Positions 9,007 to 19,366 are shown, numbered from the stretch's first letter. The stretch: DNA of 64,000 nt from Candidatus Latescibacterota bacterium (GCA_965248265.1 CBDFJF010000002.1:3168001-3232000), one strand, 5' to 3'. Program-made: numbers and translations. The notes: a model not told the origin generated them from the sequence alone.

Positions 9007-10494
9007 ATGCGTCTCAAGACCAACCTGGTCATCGGCGTTCTGTTCGCGGCGTTGGCGGCCTATGTGTACCTGCATGAAATAAAGGGCGAGGAGGATCGCC
9101 GAGCCGAGGCAGAGCGTTCGAGTAAGCTGCTTGAGTTCTCTGATCATGAGGTTCAGCGCATCACCATCCAGCGTGAGGATGGTGATGACACCACCATCGA
9201 GCGGCGACTCGACGAGTGGTGGATCGTACAGCCGGTAGAAACCCTGGCGGACGAGGAAGCCATTGAGCGTTATCTGGGCAACATCGGTGAAACCACCACC
9301 GAACGCGTGATCGAAGACAGCAGTGCCCTTGCCGGCAGCGAGTCTGGCGAAATGGAGAGTCGCTATGGCCTGGCCGAACCCAGGCTGAGCCTGTATATGG
9401 AGTTGTCGGAGGGTTATCTGGACACGATTCGTTTTGGTGCTGACAGTCCGACCGAGCGCTTCGCCTATGCACAGAAGCGCGGGGCTAACCGTCAGGTGTT
9501 CACTGTACGTGCCTGGCGTTTCGACAATCTCGACAAGGGCCTTTTCGACTTGAGGGACAAGCGGCTGCTCGGTTTCGACAAGGAGGCGGTTCGCGAGATC
9601 AGCCTGAATCACTATGAGTTCGACAGCGGAGACGGCATTCAGCTGGTGAGAGCGCCCGAAGGCAGCGGTTGGCAGATCAAGTCGCCGGTGCGGGCTGACG
9701 CCGATAAGAGTGAGGTGGACGGCATCCTGAACAAGCTGTTCAATTCCACTGCCGAGTCGTTCGAAATGGAGACCCCTGCACAGGCCGATCTGGTGGAGGC
9801 CGGCCTGGCGCCGCGTCCGTTCCGAGAGGTGATCCTGACCGTGGGTGAGGACCGCGCCGTGAAGACCCTCCACATCGGCAACCCGTCGGGGAAGAAGGGT
9901 CATTTCCTGGCCAGAGACGTTGGTAGGAATCCTGTGTTCCTGATCGATTCCACCGTCGTCAGCACGGTGAGCAAATCTATGTTCACCCTGCGCGACAAGA
10001 GTCTGTTGTCCCTCGATGATGAGGATCGGATTCAACGCCTGGAATTGCACCGGGCCCCGGAGGGCCAGATTTTTGCTGCCGAGCGTGACAGCGTCGGCAG
10101 CTGGGTGGTGGTGGCCCCCGAGCGGCGGACGGCCAAGTCCTGGAAGATCAACGGCATCCTGACCGACATGCAGGAAGTCCAGATGAAGGAATTCGTCACC
10201 GACGTGGTCCCGGATGAGGCGCTCGATCTGGCGTCGTTCGGTCTGGATGCCCCTCAGGCTCGCCTGCGCCTGGACATTGACGACGGCACCGTGCTGGAGT
10301 TGCTGTTCGGTGCCCAGGCCGAAGACGGAGTCTACGCCACCGTCGCAGGTTCGGATGGTGGGGTGTCGAAGATTGACGCTGAGGTGTTGAAGACCCTCCA
10401 GGTGGCGTTGGACGAGATAGCTCAGCCACCGGCCCCCGAGCCGGTGACAGCCGATTCGGCAGGGTCTGGCGTCGATCCAACCGGTTCTCAATAG
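9007..10494 (+). CDS. DUF4340-domain protein with repeated domains
   Basis: N-terminal TM anchor, repeated WxIxxP..AD, YGLxxP and LRDK motifs; typical partner of GldG. Confidence 0.8.
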   Translation: MRLKTNLVIGVLFAALAAYVYLHEIKGEEDRRAEAERSSKLLEFSDHEVQRITIQREDGDDTTIERRLDEWWIVQPVETLADEEAIERYLGNIGETTTERVIEDSSALAGSESGEMESRYGLAEPRLSLYMELSEGYLDTIRFGADSPTERFAYAQKRGANRQVFTVRAWRFDNLDKGLFDLRDKRLLGFDKEAVREISLNHYEFDSGDGIQLVRAPEGSGWQIKSPVRADADKSEVDGILNKLFNSTAESFEMETPAQADLVEAGLAPRPFREVILTVGEDRAVKTLHIGNPSGKKGHFLARDVGRNPVFLIDSTVVSTVSKSMFTLRDKSLLSLDDEDRIQRLELHRAPEGQIFAAERDSVGSWVVVAPERRTAKSWKINGILTDMQEVQMKEFVTDVVPDEALDLASFGLDAPQARLRLDIDDGTVLELLFGAQAEDGVYATVAGSDGGVSKIDAEVLKTLQVALDEIAQPPAPEPVTADSAGSGVDPTGSQ

Positions 10495-10544
10495 CGCTCC
10501 AGCCACCGTCGTATTTGGCCATGCGACCGCGTTTTCGCAAGCCC

Positions 10545-11558
10545 ATGTTGGATCGAATGTTGCATCGACTGGTGGCCGTGGTGACGCTCATCAGCGGCGT
10601 CCTTACGCCAGTCAGTGCGGGCGATTCGGAACCGTCCGTGATCTCCTCGGTTGATCTTCCCCCATCCACGACGGTTACCCTTGGCGATCCGATCCTCTTC
10701 CGTCTCACACTCCGATACCAGGCCGATCAGCGTCCCGAGCGCGTGTCTCCGCCTGCCTTCGACACAGATGTCGATGTGACGGAATTGGCGTCAACTCCTG
10801 CACGCGCCATGGACGACGGTTTCTTCGAAACCGTTTTGAGCTGGGAGTTGCGCTTTTTCGAGCTCGGTGATCATCAGATCCCACCGATGGAGGTGATGCT
10901 GGTGTCCGGGTCGGGTGTGGCGGAGTCGTTGCGATCGGCGCCGGTAGAAATCACCATCGGCAGCGTTCGTGAAAGCGCCGATTCCGAGGAACTTCAGGAT
11001 ATCAAACCTCCAGTGGCCATCCCCGGCGGGGTGCCGTTGTGGTTGGCCGTAGTGGTACTCACCCTCATGCTCGCCATTCTGGTTGCCCTGCTGCGCTCGT
11101 TGCTGGGAAGGCGCAGGCGTTCCAGCGTGACCGCCCTGATACCGCCGAAGCCGACTGATTACATCGTCGAATTCAAAAGAATCGCGCGTATGGGCCTGGT
11201 TGAGAGACGGGCGTTTCTCGTCCACTACACCCTGCTCTCGGAAACGCTGCGCCGCTATCTAGAAGACCGGGTGGGTGTCGACGCCATGGAGCGGACGACG
11301 GAGGAGGTTGCTGAAGCCCTGCAGGATTCGATCGTCGATTCCGCTCAGACGGGACGCGTACTCGAGTTTCTGTATCAGGCCGACCTGGTGAAGTTTGCCT
11401 GCGCCGAACCCATCGCCGAGGACGCCCGGCATGCTCCTGAGACCGGCCAGCAAATCGTCCACGCGGTCGACGCTCTCCTGGTCGCTGAGCAAGAAGAGGT
11501 GAAATCGGAGTCCGCTTCGATGGACACATCCAGGACGTCACCAGGGGTCGGTAAATGA
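10545..11558 (+). CDS. Bat-operon membrane protein (BatD/DUF4381-like)
   Basis: Signal peptide, Ig-like domain, LQDIKPP before a TM helix, then LRRYLE..AMERTTEE and ADLVKFA. The start is uncertain (10521-10557). Confidence 0.75.
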   Translation: MLDRMLHRLVAVVTLISGVLTPVSAGDSEPSVISSVDLPPSTTVTLGDPILFRLTLRYQADQRPERVSPPAFDTDVDVTELASTPARAMDDGFFETVLSWELRFFELGDHQIPPMEVMLVSGSGVAESLRSAPVEITIGSVRESADSEELQDIKPPVAIPGGVPLWLAVVVLTLMLAILVALLRSLLGRRRRSSVTALIPPKPTDYIVEFKRIARMGLVERRAFLVHYTLLSETLRRYLEDRVGVDAMERTTEEVAEALQDSIVDSAQTGRVLEFLYQADLVKFACAEPIAEDARHAPETGQQIVHAVDALLVAEQEEVKSESASMDTSRTSPGVGK

Positions 11559-11577
11559 GGGCGGCGGGGTCATCCAC

Positions 11578-12549
11578 ATGTTCGGCCTGACGCGATTTGA
11601 GGATCCTCTCTGGTTGATCTGTTTAGTGGCTCTGCCGGTGATCTTGTACTGGTACCTTCTGGAGCGCCGACGAGGATCGGCAAGCATCCGGTTCACCCAA
11701 GTTAGTGAAGTGAAGAGCCGGGTGCCCGTGACCCTGCGCCGTCGTTTGCGTCCGACATTGCTGGCGCTGAAGCTGCTTGGCCTTGGTGTGCTCATCATTG
11801 CGATGGCCCGGCCTCAGGCCGGCACCCAGTTGATCGATCTGAGTGCTGAGGGCATCGATATCATGCTCACACTGGATGTGTCGAGCAGCATGGAAGCCAA
11901 GGATCTTGGAGCGGCCAGTCGCCTGGAGGTAGCGAAAAAGGTCGTCGCCGATTTCGTCTCGGGGAGGATCAGCGACAGGGTAGGCATGGTGGTGTTCGCG
12001 GCCCAGAGCTTCACGCAGTGTCCGCTGACCCTCGACTACGACATTCTGCTCGAGTTTCTCAAGGACATCCGCATCGCGGAGGAGGAGTGGGATGGGACTG
12101 CCATCGGCATGGCCCTGATCAACGCCTGCAACCGGCTCAAGGACTCGGACGCGGACAGCAAGGTGGTCATTCTATTGACCGATGGAGTAAACAACGCCGG
12201 AGAAATCGATCCGATGACGGCGGCGGATGCCGCCGCCGCTATCGGGGTTCGGGTGTATTCGATCGGAGTGGGTCGCCAGGTGTCGGCACGCGCACGCGGA
12301 AGGGTTGAATTCGATGAGCAGGCCCTCAGATCAATCGCCGATCGAACCGGTGGAAAGTACTACCATGCGCACAGTGAGGAGAAACTGCAGGAGATATACG
12401 CGGAAATCGGTGAACTCGAGAAAACCGAGGTAACCAGCCAGGTCCACGTCGACTACTCAGACCGTTTTGCCTCCTGGGTCTGGTTCGGCTTGGTCGTGTT
12501 GGTGGCCGAATTCACCCTGGCAAATACCGTTTTTCGAAAGGTTCCGTAA
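11578..12549 (+). CDS. batA: BatA vWA-domain protein
   Basis: N-terminal F..PxWL, ARPQ, MIDAS DVSSSM, GTAIG and LLTDG. Confidence 0.9.
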   Translation: MFGLTRFEDPLWLICLVALPVILYWYLLERRRGSASIRFTQVSEVKSRVPVTLRRRLRPTLLALKLLGLGVLIIAMARPQAGTQLIDLSAEGIDIMLTLDVSSSMEAKDLGAASRLEVAKKVVADFVSGRISDRVGMVVFAAQSFTQCPLTLDYDILLEFLKDIRIAEEEWDGTAIGMALINACNRLKDSDADSKVVILLTDGVNNAGEIDPMTAADAAAAIGVRVYSIGVGRQVSARARGRVEFDEQALRSIADRTGGKYYHAHSEEKLQEIYAEIGELEKTEVTSQVHVDYSDRFASWVWFGLVVLVAEFTLANTVFRKVP

Positions 12550-12550
12550 C

Positions 12551-13579
12551 GTGCGTTGGGGGAGTCCTGACAGCCTGCTGCTGTTGATGCCACTGATCGC
12601 GGTCTTGATCGCCTTCGCCTATTTCGTGCACGTGTCACGACGAGGCCTGTTGGCCCGGTTTGCTCGAAGTGCGATGCTGCCTCGGTTGACGCGCAGCGTC
12701 AACGAATCCCGCCACCGGACCAGGATGGTGTTGTTCCTGATCGGCATGGGATTTCTGTCCATCGCCCTGCTGGAGCCTCAGTTCGGCACCGTGCTGGAAA
12801 TGGTCAAGCGAAAGGGTGTGGATGTCGTCGTCGCCCTGGACGTATCCCGCAGCATGCTGGCCGAGGATGTCAGACCGAACAGACTGGAGCGTGCCCGCTA
12901 TCAGGTTGGGGAGCTGCTTGAGCGCCTGGAAGGGGATCGCGCCGGTCTGGTGCTGTTTGCCGGCAGTGCCTTCATCCAGTGTCCGCTGACCGTCGACTAC
13001 GGAGCTTTTCGCATGCTGCTGTCCATCGTCGGCGCAGGGAGTATTCCAGTGCAGGGCACCGCCATCGGAGATGCCATTCGTCTGGCCCTCAAATGCTTCG
13101 ATGACGGGGATCGCCAACACAAGGTCGTCGTCCTCTTCACCGACGGCGAGGATCACGAAACCGATCCCATGGCGGCGGCGGAGATGGCCATCGACCAGGG
13201 AGCACGGATTCTCGTTGTCGGGATGGGAACGCCCGAAGGGGAATTGATACCGCTACGGGATGAGGACGGCCAGGTCGACTACCATCAGGATGGCCAGGGA
13301 AACTACGTAAAGACGCGACTTGATGAGGCCACTCTGAGGCGAGTTGCACTAGCTACGGATGGGGCATACTTCCGGAGTTCCCTGAGCGGAATGGAAATGG
13401 ACTTGATGTACGACTTGATCGCCAACATGGACCAGAAGGAGTTCGGTTCCGAGCGCTTCTCGCAGCGTGAGCAGCGCTATCAATACCCCCTGTTCGCGGC
13501 CATTTTGTGTTTTGTACTCGCCACGATGTTGCCTGAGGGCAACAGGAAGGAAGAGGAATGGCGCGGCCGTTTCGCATGA
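12551..13579 (+). CDS. batB: BatB vWA-domain protein
   Basis: DVSRSMLAEDVRPNRLERAR, CPLTVDY, GTAIG, TDGEDH and TRLDEATL. GTG start directly after batA. Confidence 0.88.
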   Translation: MRWGSPDSLLLLMPLIAVLIAFAYFVHVSRRGLLARFARSAMLPRLTRSVNESRHRTRMVLFLIGMGFLSIALLEPQFGTVLEMVKRKGVDVVVALDVSRSMLAEDVRPNRLERARYQVGELLERLEGDRAGLVLFAGSAFIQCPLTVDYGAFRMLLSIVGAGSIPVQGTAIGDAIRLALKCFDDGDRQHKVVVLFTDGEDHETDPMAAAEMAIDQGARILVVGMGTPEGELIPLRDEDGQVDYHQDGQGNYVKTRLDEATLRRVALATDGAYFRSSLSGMEMDLMYDLIANMDQKEFGSERFSQREQRYQYPLFAAILCFVLATMLPEGNRKEEEWRGRFA

Positions 13580-14361
13580 AATCCTCGCCCGCCTGCCTGT
13601 TGGCTTTGATGCTGATTCTGTGGGCAGGAGATCATTCGCGGGCCGCCACGATCGGGGACAAGGTGGCCTCGCGCAGTGCCCAGGCGGAGGAGGCCTACCG
13701 CGGTGGAGCATTCGACGAGGCGCTGCGGCTCTACCGCGACGCTCAGCTCGAGGATCCCGATTCGCCCGCCCTGCACTTCAACATCGGGGATGCACTCTAC
13801 AAGCTGCAGCAGTACGATGCTGCGGCGGAAGAGTTCCAACGGGCGGCCGCTGCGGGGGAGGCCGTGACGCCGAATCTGGGTGCCGGGAGTTGGTACAACC
13901 TGGGCAACACGCTGTTCCAGAAGCAGCAGTACGCAGAGGCCGTGGAGGCCTATAAGAATGCGCTGACGCGGAATTCGGGCGATGTGGAGGCCAAGGCAAA
14001 CCTGGAGATGGCTCTGGCACGGTTGCAACAGCAGCAGCAACAACAACCGCAGCCATCCGAAGACGGCGAAGAGGGAGAGGAAAACCGAGAATCGCAACAG
14101 CAACAGCAGCAACCGGAAGAGGGCGAGCAGGAGCGGGAGAGTGAGGAATCTGCCGATTCAGGTGAAAATCAGCAGGAGCAGTTACCCGAGCCTACGCCGG
14201 AAAAGGAACCCGGAAACCCGGATCAGCCAATGGACGAAACCGCCGGCGAGATGGACGAGGAGGAGGCGGAGCAATTGCTTGAGGCCCTGCGCGACCGCGA
14301 GACGGAAGCTCAACGCAGGCGTTTTCGGGTCGTTCCTCGAGGCCGGACCCATGACTGGTAA
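13576..14361 (+). CDS. batC: BatC TPR protein with Gln/Glu-rich tail
   Basis: FNIGDALYK and YNLGNTLF TPR motifs, poly-Q, and a C-terminal AEQLLEAL...DW. ATGA overlap with batB. Confidence 0.85.
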   Translation: MKSSPACLLALMLILWAGDHSRAATIGDKVASRSAQAEEAYRGGAFDEALRLYRDAQLEDPDSPALHFNIGDALYKLQQYDAAAEEFQRAAAAGEAVTPNLGAGSWYNLGNTLFQKQQYAEAVEAYKNALTRNSGDVEAKANLEMALARLQQQQQQQPQPSEDGEEGEENRESQQQQQQPEEGEQERESEESADSGENQQEQLPEPTPEKEPGNPDQPMDETAGEMDEEEAEQLLEALRDRETEAQRRRFRVVPRGRTHDW

Positions 14362-16156
14362 GCCTGCCCTTCAGCTCTGGTTTCCGGTGTGGGTTGCCCT
14401 TCTGTTCCTGGTGCAGCCTGCTGTCCCAGAGCTTTCCTTCACCGCCAAGGTCGATCGCCAACGCACGACCCAGACCCAACCGGTCCGCCTGACATTGACC
14501 CTGTCGTCGACGCAGAACATAGCCCATGTCCCGGAGGTGAAGATCGATTTGCGGGCGTTCGACTACCAGGGTCCCTCGATTGGTACCCGTGTGGAAATGT
14601 CCACCAACGGCGGCACGACCTTCGCACGTGACCTGACCTATGCTCTGTACGCGCGCAAAGCAGGCAGGTTGACCATCCCGGCCGCGAGGATTGAGCTGCA
14701 GGGGCAGGTGCTGCAGACAAAACCGATCACGATCGAGGTGACGGCGAGAGGCCAGCGCGCCGGCAACGCCGTCGAGGACAATCTCTTCATCCGGGTCACC
14801 ACGGACCAAGAGCGGGTCTACGTCGGACAGCAACTGACCGTCACCTACGATTTGTGCTATCGATATCAACTGCGGGACATCGGCTTCAGCGAGATCCCAT
14901 CCTTCGCGGGCTTCTGGGTTAAGGATCTGTTCGTCGCCCAGACGCTCGATCCGAAACGAGAAGATATCGACCAACTCGCCTTTAACGTGTCGACGTTGCG
15001 TCAGGCCGCGTTGTTTCCAACACGGTCGGGGGCACACCGCATCGATCCGCTGGTCATGTCTTGCAATATTCCCAAGTCGGGACGCAGGCGCGGCAGTTTG
15101 TTCGACTCCATCTTCGACGATCCATTTTTCGGCCGCAGCCAAACCCATCTGGTGCGCAGTGAAGCCATCGAGATTGAGGCGCTGCCGCTGCCGAAGTTGA
15201 GGCAACCGGACGATTTTAGTGGTGCGGTCGGGCGTTTTGCGATCTCAGTCGAAGCGCAGCCACGCAGCGTGCCCGTGGGTGACCCCGTGACCGTGAGAGT
15301 GCGCGTGGAGGGCGAAGGAAATTTTCAAGCCGTCGGGGTTCCGGCGTTGGCGGATATCGATGGCTTCAAGGTGTACGACCCGAAGCAGATCGACGAGGAG
15401 GGCATCGTCGGGAATCTCTATGCGGGCAGTCGTACCCTGGAGTACATCCTCATACCGGAGCGAGTCGGATCCCTGAGAATTCCTGCGGTGTCGTTCTCCT
15501 ATTTCAATCCGTCGCAGGTGGTGTACGAAACCGTCGAGTCGGTTTCAATCGAGATCGACAGCCACGGCGAGGTGGAGGATGCCGGCGAGTCGCCGTTTCC
15601 ACTGACACGGACAGAGATAACCCAGGTGGGCAGTGACATACGCCACATCAAGCCGGATGCAACCGAGTTGAGCTTGGGGGGGCGTTTGTACAGCAGCATC
15701 TGGTTCTGGCTATTGCAAGGGTTGATTCCGTTGACCTATCTGGGTTTCCTGGTTGCCCACCGTCACCGCATGCGATTGCAGGGAGATGCCGCCTACGCCC
15801 GTCGCAAAAGAGCCCGCTCGCAGGCAACTCGACGCCTCGAGAAGGCCGGGCACTGCCTGGATGCGGCAGATGGTCCAGGCCTTTACGATGCCATTGACGA
15901 GGCGTTGCGCGCCTATCTGGCTGATAGCGCCAACGTCTCTGAAGCCGGATTGACCAAAGAAGAGTGTGCTTCCTTAGCAGCTGAAATCTGTGACTCCGAC
16001 GACGCGGACACCGTGGCAGCGCTCGTCGCCGTGATGGAGCGTTGCGAGTACGCCCGATACGCCCGCGCAGCTTCGACTCCGGAGGAGATGCGTTCGGCGT
16101 ATGACACGGCGGTGCAGATCATTGACACGCTCGCCAAGGGGAAGACGACGAAATGA
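14351..16156 (+). CDS. batD: BatD protein
   Basis: VYVGQQL, FSGAVGRF, VGDPVT..GEGN, FSYFNP and DIRHIK before a TM helix. Confidence 0.88.
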   Translation: MTGKPALQLWFPVWVALLFLVQPAVPELSFTAKVDRQRTTQTQPVRLTLTLSSTQNIAHVPEVKIDLRAFDYQGPSIGTRVEMSTNGGTTFARDLTYALYARKAGRLTIPAARIELQGQVLQTKPITIEVTARGQRAGNAVEDNLFIRVTTDQERVYVGQQLTVTYDLCYRYQLRDIGFSEIPSFAGFWVKDLFVAQTLDPKREDIDQLAFNVSTLRQAALFPTRSGAHRIDPLVMSCNIPKSGRRRGSLFDSIFDDPFFGRSQTHLVRSEAIEIEALPLPKLRQPDDFSGAVGRFAISVEAQPRSVPVGDPVTVRVRVEGEGNFQAVGVPALADIDGFKVYDPKQIDEEGIVGNLYAGSRTLEYILIPERVGSLRIPAVSFSYFNPSQVVYETVESVSIEIDSHGEVEDAGESPFPLTRTEITQVGSDIRHIKPDATELSLGGRLYSSIWFWLLQGLIPLTYLGFLVAHRHRMRLQGDAAYARRKRARSQATRRLEKAGHCLDAADGPGLYDAIDEALRAYLADSANVSEAGLTKEECASLAAEICDSDDADTVAALVAVMERCEYARYARAASTPEEMRSAYDTAVQIIDTLAKGKTTK

Positions 16157-16926
16157 TCAAGCCCGTGGTGTTGGTCATAATGTGCGCGGTGGCGGGGATC
16201 CTGGTTTGCTCGTCGCGAGCCGTTGACGCTGAGTCCGCTGCGGTCAGCGTTTTCAGCGAGGCCAATGCACTGTACCGGACGGGTGACTACGATGCAGCCA
16301 GGTTCGGTTACCTGGATATCATCGCGATGGGTGTCACGGATTTCCGTCTGTTCTACAACCTTGGCAATGCCTGTTTCAAATCCAACCGGATCGGCGAGGC
16401 CATCGTCTGGTACGAGCGAGCGCGGCGTTTGAGGCCTAGAGACGGAGATGTCCGTGCCAATTTGCGCTTCGCCCGCCACGTAAAGAAAGACCGTTCACCG
16501 CCCGACACCGACTCCGCCCTCTGGCGTGGGCTGGCACACGTCTACATGTATCCGACTGAGGACGAACTGTGTATCGCCTTGCTTGCGCTGTCGCTGGGCT
16601 TACTCGTGCTCTCGGTGCTGCGTTTGCGCGAGTTCGATACCAGAGACGTGTGGCAGGGCCTGTTCCGCGTGAGTTGTGTGCTGACGGTGGTCGCAGCGAT
16701 GTACCTGGGTGCTCGGGTCTATCAGCTCGAAGCCGATGCTTCCGCCGTCATCACCGTCGAACAGGCAACGGCACGCAGCGGACCCGATCTTGAGCAGACG
16801 GTCAACTTCATCGCACATGAGGGCACGACCGTTCACGTGGAGCGACAAGAAGGGGAGTGGTCGCGCATCCGGCTTCCTGGCGGCCTTGGGGGTTGGGTTT
16901 CCTCCGCGGACATGACGGAGATTTGA
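16153..16926 (+). CDS. batE: BatE TPR + SH3b protein
   Basis: YNLGNACFK..IGEAIVWYERA..PRD.D.RANL, plus a C-terminal HEGT..WSRIRL..GWV SH3 domain. Confidence 0.88.
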   Translation: MIKPVVLVIMCAVAGILVCSSRAVDAESAAVSVFSEANALYRTGDYDAARFGYLDIIAMGVTDFRLFYNLGNACFKSNRIGEAIVWYERARRLRPRDGDVRANLRFARHVKKDRSPPDTDSALWRGLAHVYMYPTEDELCIALLALSLGLLVLSVLRLREFDTRDVWQGLFRVSCVLTVVAAMYLGARVYQLEADASAVITVEQATARSGPDLEQTVNFIAHEGTTVHVERQEGEWSRIRLPGGLGGWVSSADMTEI

Positions 16927-16982
16927 CATTGTAGAGGGTCTCGGCGCCAGCCCTGCAACGATCAGAGCTTGTCGAGAAAGTC

Positions 16983-17144
16983 CCGGAAGGCTTATCATTA
17001 CAGTTAGTATTGAGTGCCGGAAGGCTTATCATTATGGTTAGTATTGAGTGCCGGAAGGCTTATCATTACAGTTAGTATTGAATGCCTAGAGGCTTATCAT
17101 TACAGTTAGTATTGAATTAGCATTGAATGCCTGAAGGCCTATCG
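16983..17144. repeat. AT-rich 34-bp tandem repeat, four copies plus a partial copy, with no spacers
   Basis: Unit CCGGAAGGCTTATCATTACAGTTAGTATTGAGTG starts at 16983, 17017, 17051 and 17085, with a degenerate partial copy at 17130. Confidence 0.95.
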
Positions 17145-17287
17145 TAGTAATGGATACAGCGCTCCCTTAGTCTGTTCCCTCCCTGGTTGTTCTTCACCCA
17201 CCACTCGAACAGCGTGATGCGCTGGTTCCGAGCCAAATGAGTGGTGTCCCCACAGTTCAAGTATTTGTACCCCTTTGCCGGACTTCG

Positions 17288-19339
17288 ATGAAATACCTAA
17301 TCACGGGCGGGGGCACCGGCGGGCATATCTATCCTGCTCTGGCCGTTGCCGATGAACTGCGGAGAAACGACCCACAGGCAGAGTTTCTGTACGTTGGCGT
17401 ACGCGGGCGCATCGAGGCGCGCATCGTCCCACGACGCGGTTATACCCTGCTCTACGTTCGCTCCAGACCGTTTCCGCGGCCTCTGTCGATAACAGCGCTC
17501 ATCGGCTTCGCCGCCACTCTGATGGTTGGTTGCACCAAAGCCGTGCACATTCTGCTGCGGTTTCGACCCCACGTCATCATCAGCACCGGGGGATTCGTGT
17601 CGGCACCGGTCATCTTCGCGAACGGGATGTTGCGGAATATCGGGCTCTCCAGCGCCAAGGTGTTCCTTTATGAGCCCAATGCACAGCCTGGCCTACTGAA
17701 CCAGGCTGCGGGCCGAATGGCCGATCGCATCGGAGTAGCCTTCGAAGAGGCTGCCCGCTGGTTCGACATGAAGCGGGTCTGTGTGGTCGGGCACCCCGTC
17801 CGCAGTGAGATTCTCAAGGCTGAGCGCCATGAAGCCCGTCGAGCATTGCAATTGGATGACACGGCCAAGGTCGTCCTCGTCGTCGGTGGCTCCGGAGGCT
17901 CCAGGTCCATGAATCGGGCCGTCGTAGATGCCCTACCCCGGTTGGAGCACATTCCCAACCTATTCATCCTCCACGTAACCGGGACGTACTGCGCCGCCGA
18001 CTACGACGCAGTCGCCGATACGGAAGCTCATCTGCAGCAAGCAGGTCTGTCCGGTGATGTCTCGTCGTGGTATCGCCGTTTTGATTACCTCGATGATATA
18101 GAGCATGCCTACGCGGCAGCAGACCTCGTCGTATGTCGCGCCGGTGCCGCGACCCTGACGGAAATCAGCGCTCGTAAGCTGCCTGGAATCCTGATACCGC
18201 TGCCGACCGCTGCCGAAGATCATCAGGCGGCGAATGCCCGCGATCTTGAGAATAGAGGGGGTGCCCAGATTCTGTATCAGCAGGCACGCTGGGATGCCCC
18301 GCGGGTGATCAGTTGCATCGATCCCGAGCGTCTGGCGCAGCTCATCGAGGAGGGTATCGGCAACGCGGGGGGTAGCAGCGGCGGGACACCGGCGTCCTCA
18401 CAGGCTTTCTATCGGGCCGATAGCCTCAAATTGATTCTCTCCGAGATCGGCAGTCTGGCCAACGCGCGACGACCATCACCGCTGCGGCTGGAGTTTCCGG
18501 TGCAGCAAGTGGGATTGCCGGGCAATCCCAACGCCCTGGTCCGACACGTGTCGCGGCGGGTGGAGGAAGCCGGCGGGCCTGCTGGGATGGGTGAGCTCGA
18601 GCGCGCCTACCTGTGCTACCAGGCCGATCGGCTGCTGTGCTCGGAAGGGTGGTTCGAAATACCTCTAGGCATGCGTAATGTCGGCGTCAAGCTCGTCGGT
18701 ATCCTGGAGAATCGCAGGTGTCTTCCGCTGTTGCTGAACATGCTCAACGATCGCACGCCCACCACGTTCGTGCGGCGACTTTCCGGCGGCGACTACCTGC
18801 ATCCCGGGATTCTGCGCCGCAATATCATCGAATACGGGCTGCGGCTGTTGCCGGATGATAGCGATGAAGTGTTCGCGGCGCTGACGCGTGCGCTGGCAGA
18901 AGATCCCTACTTTGAGGTGCGCGCGGCGGCAGCACAACTGCTCGGTGAACGCTTCGAAGGCAGCCAACTCGAATCCTTGATCAAACCAGCTCTGCGAGAT
19001 CGTTCACCACGTGTAGTGGTGCAAGCCATTCGCGCCCTTGGCAAGGTTGCCGTCAACGGGGATGTGATGGATGCACTGCGCCACCTCTACGAACATCCGG
19101 ACTGGCAATTCAGGCAGGAAGTCGTTGGCGCGATTGCCAACCTGCTGGACCGGGGTATCGTCAGCGCAGCGGATGTCGCCGGCGATGTGGATCAGATTCT
19201 GGCAACCGCTCCCAGTTTCGAGCCCACGTTCCCATTGCGCGACGGCTTACAAAGCCTGTCGTCCAAACTGCATCAATTGGAACATACTGGAGGCAACGTG
19301 ATCGACAATCGTAAAGGAGCGGGCGAGCGAGGTTCCTGA
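17288..19339 (+). CDS. murG: MurG-like glycosyltransferase fused to a C-terminal HEAT-repeat domain
   Basis: GGGTGGHIYPALA, TGGFVSAP, EPNAQPG, GGSGGS, CRAGAATLTE and HQAANA. The tail carries HEAT motifs (EDPYFEVRAAAA, HPDWQFRQEVV). Confidence 0.85.
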   Translation: MKYLITGGGTGGHIYPALAVADELRRNDPQAEFLYVGVRGRIEARIVPRRGYTLLYVRSRPFPRPLSITALIGFAATLMVGCTKAVHILLRFRPHVIISTGGFVSAPVIFANGMLRNIGLSSAKVFLYEPNAQPGLLNQAAGRMADRIGVAFEEAARWFDMKRVCVVGHPVRSEILKAERHEARRALQLDDTAKVVLVVGGSGGSRSMNRAVVDALPRLEHIPNLFILHVTGTYCAADYDAVADTEAHLQQAGLSGDVSSWYRRFDYLDDIEHAYAAADLVVCRAGAATLTEISARKLPGILIPLPTAAEDHQAANARDLENRGGAQILYQQARWDAPRVISCIDPERLAQLIEEGIGNAGGSSGGTPASSQAFYRADSLKLILSEIGSLANARRPSPLRLEFPVQQVGLPGNPNALVRHVSRRVEEAGGPAGMGELERAYLCYQADRLLCSEGWFEIPLGMRNVGVKLVGILENRRCLPLLLNMLNDRTPTTFVRRLSGGDYLHPGILRRNIIEYGLRLLPDDSDEVFAALTRALAEDPYFEVRAAAAQLLGERFEGSQLESLIKPALRDRSPRVVVQAIRALGKVAVNGDVMDALRHLYEHPDWQFRQEVVGAIANLLDRGIVSAADVAGDVDQILATAPSFEPTFPLRDGLQSLSSKLHQLEHTGGNVIDNRKGAGERGS

Positions 19340-19366
19340 CTCGCCTCAGACACAGGTCATACGTAC

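Noticed and set aside
8821-10506. 561-aa minus-strand ORF
   Set aside because: Antisense to the DUF4340 gene, with no recognisable motifs.
14020-14115. CAG/CAA poly-Gln tracts as a contingency locus
   Set aside because: The codons are mixed, and Gln-rich linkers are normal for BatB/BatC proteins.
16983-17144. CRISPR array
   Set aside because: The units are contiguous with no unique spacers, and there are no cas genes in the window.
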